64,000 nucleotides of DNA from a virus. Below are positions 17,093 to 25,138 of the stretch, piece after piece. The stretch's first letter is position 1, and each line of letters begins with the position of its first letter. The notes under the pieces are model-generated. The model ran no database searches, had not been told where the DNA came from, and worked only from the letters and a program-made list of their open reading frames with translations. The stretch covers positions 1 to 64,000 of IMG/VR virus record IMGVR_UViG_3300035156_000188; one strand, written 5' to 3'. Both the position numbers and the translations under genes were made by a program.

Positions 17093-17308
17093 ATGCACCC
17101 AATGTCGTTCTACATCATGTTCGACCTTGTGGCCGCGCTCAAACGCCTCAAGCACAGTCAGGACCTCTCCGTGGCGCGCCGCCGCGAACGGATCGAGGCC
17201 TTTGACCGCTTCTTCAAGATGCTTGACGAGCACGAGCAAGCCGCATTCCGCCTTCTGTTTTCCATCCCTGCCGGCGCGACCGGCGCCGACCTGACGAAAC
17301 CACTATGA
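17093..17308 (+). CDS. hypothetical protein (71 aa)
   Basis: ORF track; coupled to the next gene by ATGA. Confidence 0.5.
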   Translation: MHPMSFYIMFDLVAALKRLKHSQDLSVARRRERIEAFDRFFKMLDEHEQAAFRLLFSIPAGATGADLTKPL

Positions 17309-17772
17309 CCCACTACACCCAGATCCCACGCGCCGACATGTGCGCACTCGCCGAGGCCATCAGCACGCTACTGCAAGCCGAGAAGCACAGCACCGACCAG
17401 ATCGAGAAGGTCGACCGCCTGCGCACCGCAGCGATCGCCGCCAATCCGCACCAGTACGCCATGCTGTGCGCTGCGTTCGGCATCAACTCGCACCAGAGCG
17501 CCGAGCAGCTGCGCGCCACGCCCGAGAAGCTCGACCGCGAGCTCTCGATCGACAGCTTCCGCGCCACCCTCTCCAGCGTCGTCGAGCTGGCCCGAGACAA
17601 CAGCGCCTTCATGTTCGCTGCCGCTGTCGACTACGACAACGTGAAGCAGCGCCTGATTGACCTGTACCCGGGCACGCTGGAAGAGATCTGCGCGCTGCTG
17701 GGCGACGAGCACGGCATCACCATCACGGCCGACACCACCGGCGAAGACCTCATCAAGAAGGTGAAGCCATGA
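17305..17772 (+). CDS. hypothetical protein (155 aa)
   Basis: ORF track; helical text; coupled on both sides. Confidence 0.65.
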   Translation: MTHYTQIPRADMCALAEAISTLLQAEKHSTDQIEKVDRLRTAAIAANPHQYAMLCAAFGINSHQSAEQLRATPEKLDRELSIDSFRATLSSVVELARDNSAFMFAAAVDYDNVKQRLIDLYPGTLEEICALLGDEHGITITADTTGEDLIKKVKP

Positions 17773-17924
17773 AGCGCGACATCACCCGCTTCAAGCATGT
17801 CCGCGTCGGCGGCCGCTTCATGAATGGCCTGTACACGTGGATCAAAATCAGCGAGCTCGAGGCGCGCTGCACTCGTGGCCAGCGTCGCCAGACCTTCCCG
17901 GCTGACGAGTTCGTGAGCGTTTAG
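17769..17924 (+). CDS. hypothetical protein (51 aa)
   Basis: ATGA overlap with upstream stop; hand-translated; converges on the minus-strand gene. Confidence 0.4.
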   Translation: MKRDITRFKHVRVGGRFMNGLYTWIKISELEARCTRGQRRQTFPADEFVSV

Positions 17925-18661
17925 GCATGGACAGCTTCCCCGTCCTTGTCGTAGTACCAGACGTTGCCGTACACCGGATTGAAGGCAGCCCGCACAGCGC
18001 CTTGTTCCCAGGCGCGCAGCCGGCAGACGTAGTCATCGGCCACGTGGCAGGCCACAGGCACGAGGCGCCACTCGCCCTTGAACCAGTGATACTCCTGCCC
18101 TTCGGGAGCGCGAGGCTTGCTCGGCTTGGGCCCGAGGTTCACCCGCTGCATGCGCTGAGTCAGCCGTTGACGCTTGCGGGACATCGGCACCTCATCGACC
18201 AGGCCAGCAGCAGCACGCAACTCGCGCTCCTTGGCCTCGATCGTCAGCACGTTGTCGACGTCCCCCATGTAGATGGCACGCGCCGCGGCAGTCCAGTCAG
18301 CGCGGCAGTGCTGCGCCGAGGTAAAGCCGAGGCGTGCGAGCGGATGGCAGAACTTGCCGTCCTTGATTGTCTGGCGGTAGCGCAGGCGTTTGAGCCGCGC
18401 CGGGAAGATGTTCTCCAGCACCCGGCAGTCGAACGGGTCAGTCGACAACTGCACCAGCGGGAATTTCGGCCAGTTGCCGAAATGCAGCGCCCAAGCAATG
18501 TCCATAGCCAGCACCCGCTGACCTTTGATGCGTACCGACAGCACACCGCCGTCAAGTGTTGACAGCTCACCGAGTGTTCCGTCAGCGAGGATCTTGTAGA
18601 CGAGGGTGCCGCTGTGGGTGAAGTAGTTAGGCACTTGCGAGGCAGGAATCGGGTGTGTCAT
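17921..18661 (-). CDS. degenerate HNH_3/homing-endonuclease-like DNA-binding protein (246 aa)
   Basis: Start at MTHPIP. LSVRIKGQRVLAMDIAWALHFGNWPKFPLVQL follows the pattern Y.RV...GK...HR..W....G but lacks the catalytic His/Asn. It is the only minus-strand gene in the early region. Confidence 0.55.
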   Translation of the reverse strand: MTHPIPASQVPNYFTHSGTLVYKILADGTLGELSTLDGGVLSVRIKGQRVLAMDIAWALHFGNWPKFPLVQLSTDPFDCRVLENIFPARLKRLRYRQTIKDGKFCHPLARLGFTSAQHCRADWTAAARAIYMGDVDNVLTIEAKERELRAAAGLVDEVPMSRKRQRLTQRMQRVNLGPKPSKPRAPEGQEYHWFKGEWRLVPVACHVADDYVCRLRAWEQGAVRAAFNPVYGNVWYYDKDGEAVHA

Positions 18662-18687
18662 AAAAGTTTCTCCGGTAACAAGGGTTT

Positions 18688-18714
18688 GTGTCAGCTGTGT
18701 CAGTCCTGTGTCAG
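18688..18714. repeat. three GTGTCAG heptamers (CTGACAC on the minus strand)
   Basis: Copies at 18688, 18697 and 18708; 27-53 nt upstream of the minus-strand start at 18661. Confidence 0.8.
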
Positions 18715-19037
18715 CTGAAAAGTAAGGTCTCCAAAACCAACGTAACCAAAGATACAGCAAAAAAGGCTACGGGGCAAGCTGGCAAGCTGGGTAACCGGGG
18801 ATTATACGAACACATGTCAACCTATATCGAAACAATTTCTTCTACAGGGTGTATTTCTGTTTTTTACCCTCATGGCCTGCCTTTAGACAATGTGGCGACC
18901 TAAGCTTGCGCCCTTGCCTTGTTTTCCCTCTGGTGACGATCCTGCCTAGCCGGCCTTATAGTATTTCGCCGAAGCCCTGTATGTCCGCCATTTTTGTGCG
19001 TAATTGCCTTCTGTTTTTGTAACTCTGCGCGATTTGA

Positions 19038-19262
19038 CTGACACAAGGCCATTTCATGGCTTACTTGAGTGAGCAGACTTACTTGAGTGAGAAACACTGA
19101 CACTGGACTGACACTGACGTAATAGTCTGTCAATTGACACTTTGTCCATTGATTTTTTGCTCACAGAAGTCTCTCGGGAGTTACAAATCGCTATGGTCTT
19201 ATTAGCCGTTTTGTCAGGTAATTTAGTAAGCCTGTACGCACTAAGGTAACGATAACTGACAC
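19038..19262. repeat. scattered CTGACAC heptamers, a 14-nt direct repeat and a TGTCAATTGACA palindrome
   Basis: CTGACAC at 19038, 19097, 19108 and 19256; CTTACTTGAGTGAG twice (about 19059-19090); perfect 12-bp palindrome at 19128-19139. Confidence 0.75.
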
Positions 19263-19379
19263 AGGCCCTTTTCCGGGCTTTTACTGCCGCCTATGTATGT
19301 ATCAAAATTACAGAAAAATCGTCGACCTAGTCCAAAACCGACCCGGCCGCGACGACGCCACCGACCGTGTCACGTAACT

Positions 19380-19431
19380 CTGACACTGACACTGACATTG
19401 ACACTGACACTGACATTGACTGACACTGTCA
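19380..19431. repeat. tandem hexamer array (Y)TGACA x7 ending in the palindrome TGACA-C-TGTCA
   Basis: CTGACA CTGACA CTGACA TTGACA CTGACA CTGACA TTGACT at 19380-19421, then the palindrome at 19421-19431; 26 nt before the 19457 ATG. Confidence 0.85.
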
Positions 19432-19456
19432 GTCCGCCCACCTCACCGGAGATCCC

Positions 19457-20521
19457 ATGTTCCAGACCCTCGGCCCTGCCCCCAGCAAGAGCGGGCACGC
19501 CTACTCCCATGTCAAATGCCTCACCTGCGGCGTCGAAAAGACCGTCCGCAACAGCCTCCTGAAAGCCGACAAGGTCACCTGCATCTGCGCTGGCGTGTCC
19601 CCAGTCCAGGACCTGGCGCCCAGCGCCGGCCGTGTGCTGCCCCTCGCCGGCGGTGCGCCGGGAGAGCCCGGCACCCGCCGCACCCGCGCCGACATGCCTG
19701 TCGAGCAGCTGACCGACCACCAGCGCGCTGAAGGGCGCCTGCACCGCGCCGGCCAGGCCGACCCGCAGATCCAGAACTTCCCCGGCACGCTCGCTGCCGG
19801 CATCGAGATGCACGAGGCCAAGCACGGCCCGATCGGTGACGGCACCCGCCTCTGGCCCACGCCGACGCCTGAGCAGATGGAAGCGGCCCGCAACTGGCCG
19901 CGTGGACGCTCCGCCCAGCCCACCGACCCGGTGCAGATCGACTTCGCCACCCTCGAAAAGCGCGTCATCGCCTACATGACCAGCACCGACAAGCTCATCG
20001 AGCAGCAGGCCGCCGACTTCGCCAGCTGGCGCGAAAAGTGGGAGGCCCAGATGCGCGCCTTCATGGAGAACGTGAGCATCGGCCCGGTGCCTGTCGCCCG
20101 GCTGCTCACCGTCAAGCATGGCCCACCCATCAAGGGCACCTTGCGGCAGGTCGGTGCGGCCGAGGCGGTCGCTGAAGAGACGCACCGGGCGCGCGAGCCC
20201 ATCACCTACCAGAGCATCGTCGCCGACCTGCAGGGCATCGAGCGCCTCAACGCCCTCCGGCTCAGCCACCGCAGAGGTGCCGCGCTTGCGGATATGCCCT
20301 TCCAGCTGCGCCGCGCCGACCAGAAGCGCGGCGCCGAGCAGAAGCAAGAGCTGCTCGAGCGCTGGAACGTCATCATTGAGCAGCTCGACACCTGCACCGA
20401 CAAGACGGTCTACGCCGCGCTGCAGCCCTACGCAGCGAAGATGCAGCGCTCGTATGAAAACTGGGACAACGAAAACTACGACCCCACCGACTACCCCATC
20501 AACACGGAGACCTCCGCATGA
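19457..20521 (+). CDS. hypothetical protein (354 aa), first gene of the long plus-strand operon
   Basis: GGAG-N5-ATG; N-terminal Cys cluster (CLTCG..CIC); helical C-terminal half. Confidence 0.75.
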   Translation: MFQTLGPAPSKSGHAYSHVKCLTCGVEKTVRNSLLKADKVTCICAGVSPVQDLAPSAGRVLPLAGGAPGEPGTRRTRADMPVEQLTDHQRAEGRLHRAGQADPQIQNFPGTLAAGIEMHEAKHGPIGDGTRLWPTPTPEQMEAARNWPRGRSAQPTDPVQIDFATLEKRVIAYMTSTDKLIEQQAADFASWREKWEAQMRAFMENVSIGPVPVARLLTVKHGPPIKGTLRQVGAAEAVAEETHRAREPITYQSIVADLQGIERLNALRLSHRRGAALADMPFQLRRADQKRGAEQKQELLERWNVIIEQLDTCTDKTVYAALQPYAAKMQRSYENWDNENYDPTDYPINTETSA

Positions 20522-20988
20522 ACTACCTCGAAAACCTGCGCATCCTGCGCGCCGCCGTCGCCGCCCAGCCTGAAGAAGAGCTCGACCTGTCGGCCTGGCG
20601 CCGCGACAGCGACTTCTACAACCTGCCGGAGCCGGCGCCGGGCTGCGGCACGCACTTCTGCATCGGCGGCCTCGCCGCCGTCATGCCACACTTCAGGGCG
20701 TTGGGACTGGAGGCTGGCACCGCCGGCCAGCCACGCGCCCCGAGCCTCGACCTCCGCGACGAAGACTCCACGCTCGACCACTTCTTCAAGCCGTACCCGG
20801 GCGCGCCTGAAAACGAAGGCACCGCCTACCGCCACATCTTCAGCACCTGGGGCGCCGGTGTGTGGGACAGCGAGATCCGCGAACACTGGGACTGCTACCA
20901 CGGCGTCCAGCCGAACGACAAAGAGCTTGCGCTGGCCCGCCTGGACCGCGCCATCGCCGAATGGGAGGCGCGCGATGGGACAAGCTAA
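20518..20988 (+). CDS. MNYLENL-family protein, paralogue 1 (156 aa)
   Basis: Shares MNYLENL.(I/V)L..A(V/I)AA.PE, CGT..C.(A/G)GLAA..P.F...G and KELALARLD..I with the two following genes. Confidence 0.75.
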   Translation: MNYLENLRILRAAVAAQPEEELDLSAWRRDSDFYNLPEPAPGCGTHFCIGGLAAVMPHFRALGLEAGTAGQPRAPSLDLRDEDSTLDHFFKPYPGAPENEGTAYRHIFSTWGAGVWDSEIREHWDCYHGVQPNDKELALARLDRAIAEWEARDGTS

Positions 20989-21103
20989 ACGCCGCGGCAC
21001 CTTCGAAGAGCGCCAAGCCCAAGCCAAGGCGGCCGAGCGCCACCGACTCAGCACCCTCATCGCCGTCGCTGCCGGCGTCACCCTCAATGGGAGAAAATTT
21101 TGA
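20975..21103 (+). CDS. small basic protein MGQAKRRGTFEER.. (42 aa)
   Basis: Internal ATG of track ORF 20858..21103; an N-terminal motif I have seen in small phage proteins; fills the gap between paralogues 1 and 2. Confidence 0.45.
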   Translation: MGQAKRRGTFEERQAQAKAAERHRLSTLIAVAAGVTLNGRKF

Positions 21104-21516
21104 ACTACCTCGAAAACCTGCACGTCCTGCGTGACGCCGTGGCCGCCGAACCGGAACACCTGTTCGGCCTAGCCACCTACGAAGACCACACCCACTGCGG
21201 CACGCTGCACTGCACCGCCGGCCTGGCCGCAACCATGCCCTACTTCCAGGCCATGGGCCTGCACCTGGTCGACGGCACGCCGCGTATCCCGGGTGACCCG
21301 GGCGACCAGTTCCTCGCCCAGTTCGCCCTCAACACCCTGTTCAAGGCGCACCCCGAGCATGACCCAAAGGAGGACGTCGACGTCTTCGACTACCTCTTCG
21401 CCGAGGCAGGCGCCGGCCTGTGGGACCGCACCCTCCGTGAAGACCTCGGCGATGTCTCCGACAAGGAACTCGCCCTCGCCCGCCTCGACAAAGCCATCGG
21501 CTACTGGAACCCATGA
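21100..21516 (+). CDS. MNYLENL-family protein, paralogue 2 (138 aa)
   Basis: TTG start; the first 19 nt after the start codon are identical to paralogues 1 and 3 (AACTACCTCGAAAACCTG.). Confidence 0.7.
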   Translation: MNYLENLHVLRDAVAAEPEHLFGLATYEDHTHCGTLHCTAGLAATMPYFQAMGLHLVDGTPRIPGDPGDQFLAQFALNTLFKAHPEHDPKEDVDVFDYLFAEAGAGLWDRTLREDLGDVSDKELALARLDKAIGYWNP

Positions 21517-22016
21517 TGAACTACCTCGAAAACCTGAAAGTCCTCGCAGCTGCCATCGAGGCCCGCCCCGAGCTCGACCTGTCCTTCTGGGCGAACGAGC
21601 GCTCCTGCGGCACGATTTACTGCGCCGCCGGCCTAGCCGCCACCCTGCCCTACTTCCGCGACATGGGCATGAGCGCCAGCGAGAGCGGCGCACCTTACAC
21701 CGACGAGCCGGCGCGCGGGCTGTACGAGACGCTCAACCACTTCTTCGGCACCTACCACGGCCGAGGCGACGACCATGAGGTGTTTCCGCACGCCGCCATG
21801 GACGTCCTGTTCCGTGGCTACTTCGGTGGCGAGTGGGACGACGAGATCATGGCCAAGTACGACGACCACATGCCGAGCGACCGCCAGCTGGCCCTGGACC
21901 GCCTTGCCCTGGCGATCGCGTATCACGAGCTGATCCAGCAAGGCCCGGAAGCGCTGCGCGCCGCCGGCTATGGCCGTGTGGCTGACGAACTGGAGGTTCA
22001 GCATGCGCTGCCCTAA
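21516..22016 (+). CDS. MNYLENL-family protein, paralogue 3 (166 aa)
   Basis: Second ATG of track ORF 21513..22016 gives the family N-terminus. Confidence 0.75.
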   Translation: MNYLENLKVLAAAIEARPELDLSFWANERSCGTIYCAAGLAATLPYFRDMGMSASESGAPYTDEPARGLYETLNHFFGTYHGRGDDHEVFPHAAMDVLFRGYFGGEWDDEIMAKYDDHMPSDRQLALDRLALAIAYHELIQQGPEALRAAGYGRVADELEVQHALP

Positions 22017-22356
22017 GTGCCGCGGCCATGGCCGTTGGCAGGTAGCGGGTCAGCGTGTTATGGCCACCTGCCAGACCTGCGGCGGGAGCGGCTCTGCGCC
22101 TGAACCTTTGGTGCTCGAACCCGAGGCCGTGCCCGTCCCGATCACCGTCAACATGGCGCGCATGATGATCGTGCTGGGCGCCGCCTACCTCAAGGAGCGC
22201 GCACCCGACAAACTTCCGATCCGCGACCTGACCGAAGAGCAGATCACCAATGTCTGCTGCGGCATCCTGCCGAGCGAGCACGGCGCCGAAACTTACGACT
22301 TGGCCATCGCCGACGCGGTGCTGCGCGCCGCCGGCGTACGAAAGGACCCAGCATGA
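22003..22356 (+). CDS. DnaJ-type CxxCxGxG zinc-finger protein (117 aa)
   Basis: MRCPKCRGHGRW..CQTCGGSG: two CxxCxGxG repeats as in the DnaJ cysteine-rich domain. Confidence 0.65.
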   Translation: MRCPKCRGHGRWQVAGQRVMATCQTCGGSGSAPEPLVLEPEAVPVPITVNMARMMIVLGAAYLKERAPDKLPIRDLTEEQITNVCCGILPSEHGAETYDLAIADAVLRAAGVRKDPA

Positions 22357-23006
22357 ACTTCACCCAACAGATGGAAGAGCTCTTCGGCACCGACGCCGCC
22401 TGCGGCGTCATCTTCGTCGAGGAACTGGACGAAGGCACGCCGCGCCGCTGGACGGCCGATGAATACGACGCCCTGCCCGATCCGAAGCCGGACGTCTATA
22501 GCGAACTGCCCAACGGCTGGTCGGCCTGCACCTGCACCGGCTATGCCCACCTGGTGCGCGAGCGCCTGGGCGACGATCGGGTGCAGGTGGTCGGCTTCGC
22601 CAACAAGGACAACCCGACCAGCCTGATCGCCATCGAGGAGTGGCACCCGGGCGGGCACGACTTCGCCATCGTCGACGGCCGGTACATCGTCGATCCGTGG
22701 CCGCGCCTGGTTCACTTCGGTGAGCCGGAATGCCAGATCGTGTACGACCTGCTCGACCCGACCACAACCGAGATCTACGGCCCGCGCGAGTGCTGGTCCG
22801 AACTTGCGATACCTGACCCGGCGCCGGCGCCAGCACCACCGGCGCCCGAGGAGCCACGCTGCGAGATCAGCGCCGCCCTCGACACCATCCACGGCGCATG
22901 GAAGACGCTGGTCGATCTGGGCCGGGCCGACGATGCAGCCGCACTGCTCGAAGCCATCGAAACCATCACCAAGACCAAGATCGAGGAGCCGGCATGCGTG
23001 GCGTAA
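22353..23006 (+). CDS. hypothetical protein (217 aa)
   Basis: Coupled ORF; PAPAPAPPAP linker between two globular halves. Confidence 0.7.
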   Translation: MNFTQQMEELFGTDAACGVIFVEELDEGTPRRWTADEYDALPDPKPDVYSELPNGWSACTCTGYAHLVRERLGDDRVQVVGFANKDNPTSLIAIEEWHPGGHDFAIVDGRYIVDPWPRLVHFGEPECQIVYDLLDPTTTEIYGPRECWSELAIPDPAPAPAPPAPEEPRCEISAALDTIHGAWKTLVDLGRADDAAALLEAIETITKTKIEEPACVA

Positions 23007-23221
23007 CGGCAGAAGACATCGAGGCCGAACTGGCCTTCGCCCGCAAGGCGGCAGCCAACTTCGCCCAGCACCCGGAGCACGCCACCTTTGGCAACATCGA
23101 GCCCGGAGGCCTGTTCGCCGTGCGCTGGGGCCTGGGCAACGACTGCGTGCTGGTGCTCAAACTCGACGAGACCCACACGCCCACCAACTACCAGCAACTG
23201 GTCAAGGAGATCCCATGCTGA
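22994..23221 (+). CDS. hypothetical protein (75 aa)
   Basis: Internal ATG of track ORF 22898..23221; overlaps the upstream end by 13 nt. Confidence 0.5.
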   Translation: MRGVTAEDIEAELAFARKAAANFAQHPEHATFGNIEPGGLFAVRWGLGNDCVLVLKLDETHTPTNYQQLVKEIPC

Positions 23222-23742
23222 CCCAAGACGACATCACCTCCCTCGAATGCCTCGCCGAACGCTTCTCGGACTCGGGCAAGACGACCCTCCTGGACCTGGT
23301 CGAGCGCATGAAGCCTCTGATCGGCCAGCGCCCGCTGACCGTCTGGTACGGCTCCATGCCTGAGTCCAACGGCAAGTCCAACTTCACCGCCGTGCTCATC
23401 CGCAAGGGTGCCAGCATGTTCGACTGCGACGAGTTCACGATCGAGCGCAGCGAGTACCCAGACCGTGTCGCCTACGAGGCCGACCGGGTGCGCTACTTGA
23501 TAGGCGAGCGCGCCGAGCGCCCTTGCATCACCGACTACGACGCCAACAAGCACAGCGGCTACATCCCGTACGATCACTACACCTGCAAGGGCAAGGGCGG
23601 CGAGTACAAGCTGCTGGGCCAGGCCAAGGGCGCCGGCCTGTCCAACGGCGTCTCCGTCACCGTCTACCGTGACGTGGCCGACGGCCAGCTCTACTACCGC
23701 ATGCCGGGCAACTTCGACGCACGAATGGAGAAACTGAAATGA
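23215..23742 (+). CDS. hypothetical protein (175 aa)
   Basis: GGAGA-N5-ATG; the upstream part of track ORF 22720..23742 is R/P-rich shadow text. Confidence 0.7.
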   Translation: MLTQDDITSLECLAERFSDSGKTTLLDLVERMKPLIGQRPLTVWYGSMPESNGKSNFTAVLIRKGASMFDCDEFTIERSEYPDRVAYEADRVRYLIGERAERPCITDYDANKHSGYIPYDHYTCKGKGGEYKLLGQAKGAGLSNGVSVTVYRDVADGQLYYRMPGNFDARMEKLK

Positions 23743-23867
23743 AAATCCTCACCCTGATCCTCGCCGCGCTGCTCGCCGGCTGCGGCGGCGTCGAGCCCCA
23801 GCCCGACTTCAAGGCCGGCGGCGCCACCGTCAAATGCGAGCCGCAACCTTGCGGCAAAGGAGCTTGA
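23739..23867 (+). CDS. small lipoprotein (42 aa)
   Basis: ATGA coupling; MKILTLILAALLAGC lipobox; hand-translated. Confidence 0.5.
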   Translation: MKILTLILAALLAGCGGVEPQPDFKAGGATVKCEPQPCGKGA

Positions 23868-23868
23868 C

Positions 23869-24231
23869 ATGAACGTCTACCTCGCCCTCTTCACCGGCGG
23901 CCCCGGCCGTCCGGACAAGTACGCCACCATCCTCGCGCCGGACTTCGACACGGCCAGCGGCTGCACGCTGGGCCTGCGCAACAAGTTCGTGCCGGGCCAC
24001 ACCTGCAGCACCTCCGTGCTGGCCGACCAGAAGGACGTGAACGCCCATGCCACAGACCTGGTCGGCGACCTGACCGCTGACCAGTACCTCGGCCTGCTCA
24101 CCGCCGAGGCGCGCCCGCCACGCATGGAAGTCGTCGTCGAGCTCAAGAAGAGCATCGACCCGGCCGACCACGCCTACGTCCGGCAGCAGCTTGCTGGGTA
24201 CAAGATTATCTCCATCCGGGAGCTGGCATGA
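23869..24231 (+). CDS. M..YLA(L/I)-family protein, member 1 (120 aa)
   Basis: AAGGAG-N7-ATG; N-terminus MNVYLALFTGGPG resembles 24629 and 25929. Confidence 0.7.
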   Translation: MNVYLALFTGGPGRPDKYATILAPDFDTASGCTLGLRNKFVPGHTCSTSVLADQKDVNAHATDLVGDLTADQYLGLLTAEARPPRMEVVVELKKSIDPADHAYVRQQLAGYKIISIRELA

Positions 24232-24428
24232 GACCCATGCCGCCCGGGATGCGGCCCCGTCCACCGGCGCTGCCGCCCAAGCGCACCAACGTCCTGGAGT
24301 TCAAGTTCATGTTCTCCGACCGCAGCCACCTCGAAGGCAGCTGGACATGCAGCGACGAGCAGTGGGGCAAGATCCTCACCATCCTGACCACCAAGGAGGA
24401 GCCTGAGGCGCTCCACCCAACCGACTGA
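24228..24428 (+). CDS. hypothetical protein (66 aa)
   Basis: Coupled ORF. Confidence 0.5.
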   Translation: MRPMPPGMRPRPPALPPKRTNVLEFKFMFSDRSHLEGSWTCSDEQWGKILTILTTKEEPEALHPTD

Positions 24429-24434
24429 GCCAAC

Positions 24435-24629
24435 ATGACCGGCACCTACAAGTTAAGCCCTCAGCCGATCGAGCTGCCGTGGGTGGCGCCCGTACTGCTT
24501 GACCGCTCCAAGCCGACGCCGCCGATCGAGGTCTGGTGCCCAGCATGCCATGCCTCGCCAGGCGAGCGCTGCAGCACTCCGCTCGGCTTCCATCGTGATC
24601 GTTTTCGCTACGCCCGAAAGGAATTCTGA
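24435..24629 (+). CDS. hypothetical protein (64 aa) with CPACH..C motif
   Basis: ORF track; VWCPACHASPGERC. Confidence 0.5.
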   Translation: MTGTYKLSPQPIELPWVAPVLLDRSKPTPPIEVWCPACHASPGERCSTPLGFHRDRFRYARKEF

Positions 24630-25138
24630 TGAAACCCTACCTCGCCATCTGGCGTAACGCCACCGGCGCGCCAGTGGCCCACCGCGTCATCGTCGCCGAG
24701 ACGCTCCTGGCCGCCGCCGGCATCGCCGAGAAAGACCCGCAGGGGCACCACGCCAGCATCACCCTGCTGTCGGACACGTCGGAAGCGCGCTATGCCATCA
24801 GCCGCGCGGCCGGCACCCGCAAGCTGCACCCGATCGCCCAGCTCGGCGCCGAAGCCAAGGTCAGCTGGGTGTTCCAGGAAGACATGGCCGCCACCTACGA
24901 GGGCAAGCCGGTGCGTGCCGCGCGTTGGGCGTTCACCGAGCGCCATATCTGGCACGACGCCCAGGCCCTGGTCGAGAAGGTCTGGCCGCGAGGCGCCATC
25001 CACGAGCTTGGGCCGCGCCTGGTCTACAGCCTCGACGCCGGCCTGCACCACATGCTGCACTGGGATGTGCCGCTGGAGAATTACGACCTGACCTTCCCGC
25101 CCCGGGCGCCGAGGGTGACGGTGGAGGCCGAGGCATGA
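24629..25138 (+). CDS. M..YLA(L/I)-family protein, member 2 (169 aa)
   Basis: TGATG coupling; N-terminus MKPYLAIWRNATG. Confidence 0.7.
   Translation: MKPYLAIWRNATGAPVAHRVIVAETLLAAAGIAEKDPQGHHASITLLSDTSEARYAISRAAGTRKLHPIAQLGAEAKVSWVFQEDMAATYEGKPVRAARWAFTERHIWHDAQALVEKVWPRGAIHELGPRLVYSLDAGLHHMLHWDVPLENYDLTFPPRAPRVTVEAEA

Noticed and set aside
19380-19431. Tandem repeats considered as a CRISPR array.
   Set aside because: The units are 6 nt with no spacers, and there are no cas genes. This is a microsatellite-like array of operator or -35 elements instead.
19293-19562. 89-aa ORF that reads the hexamer array as (Thr-Leu)7.
   Set aside because: It has no Shine-Dalgarno, a K/R/P-rich out-of-character N-terminus, and overlaps the strongly supported 19457 gene by 105 nt in another frame. 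The repeats are more simply non-coding.
23739-23867. 42-aa lipoprotein, together with the Pro-rich lipoprotein-like 44177..44644, considered as an o-spanin of a lysis cassette.
   Set aside because: There is no adjacent or embedding i-spanin, holin or endolysin, and both lie in early-type operons. No lysis cassette is recognisable in this window.
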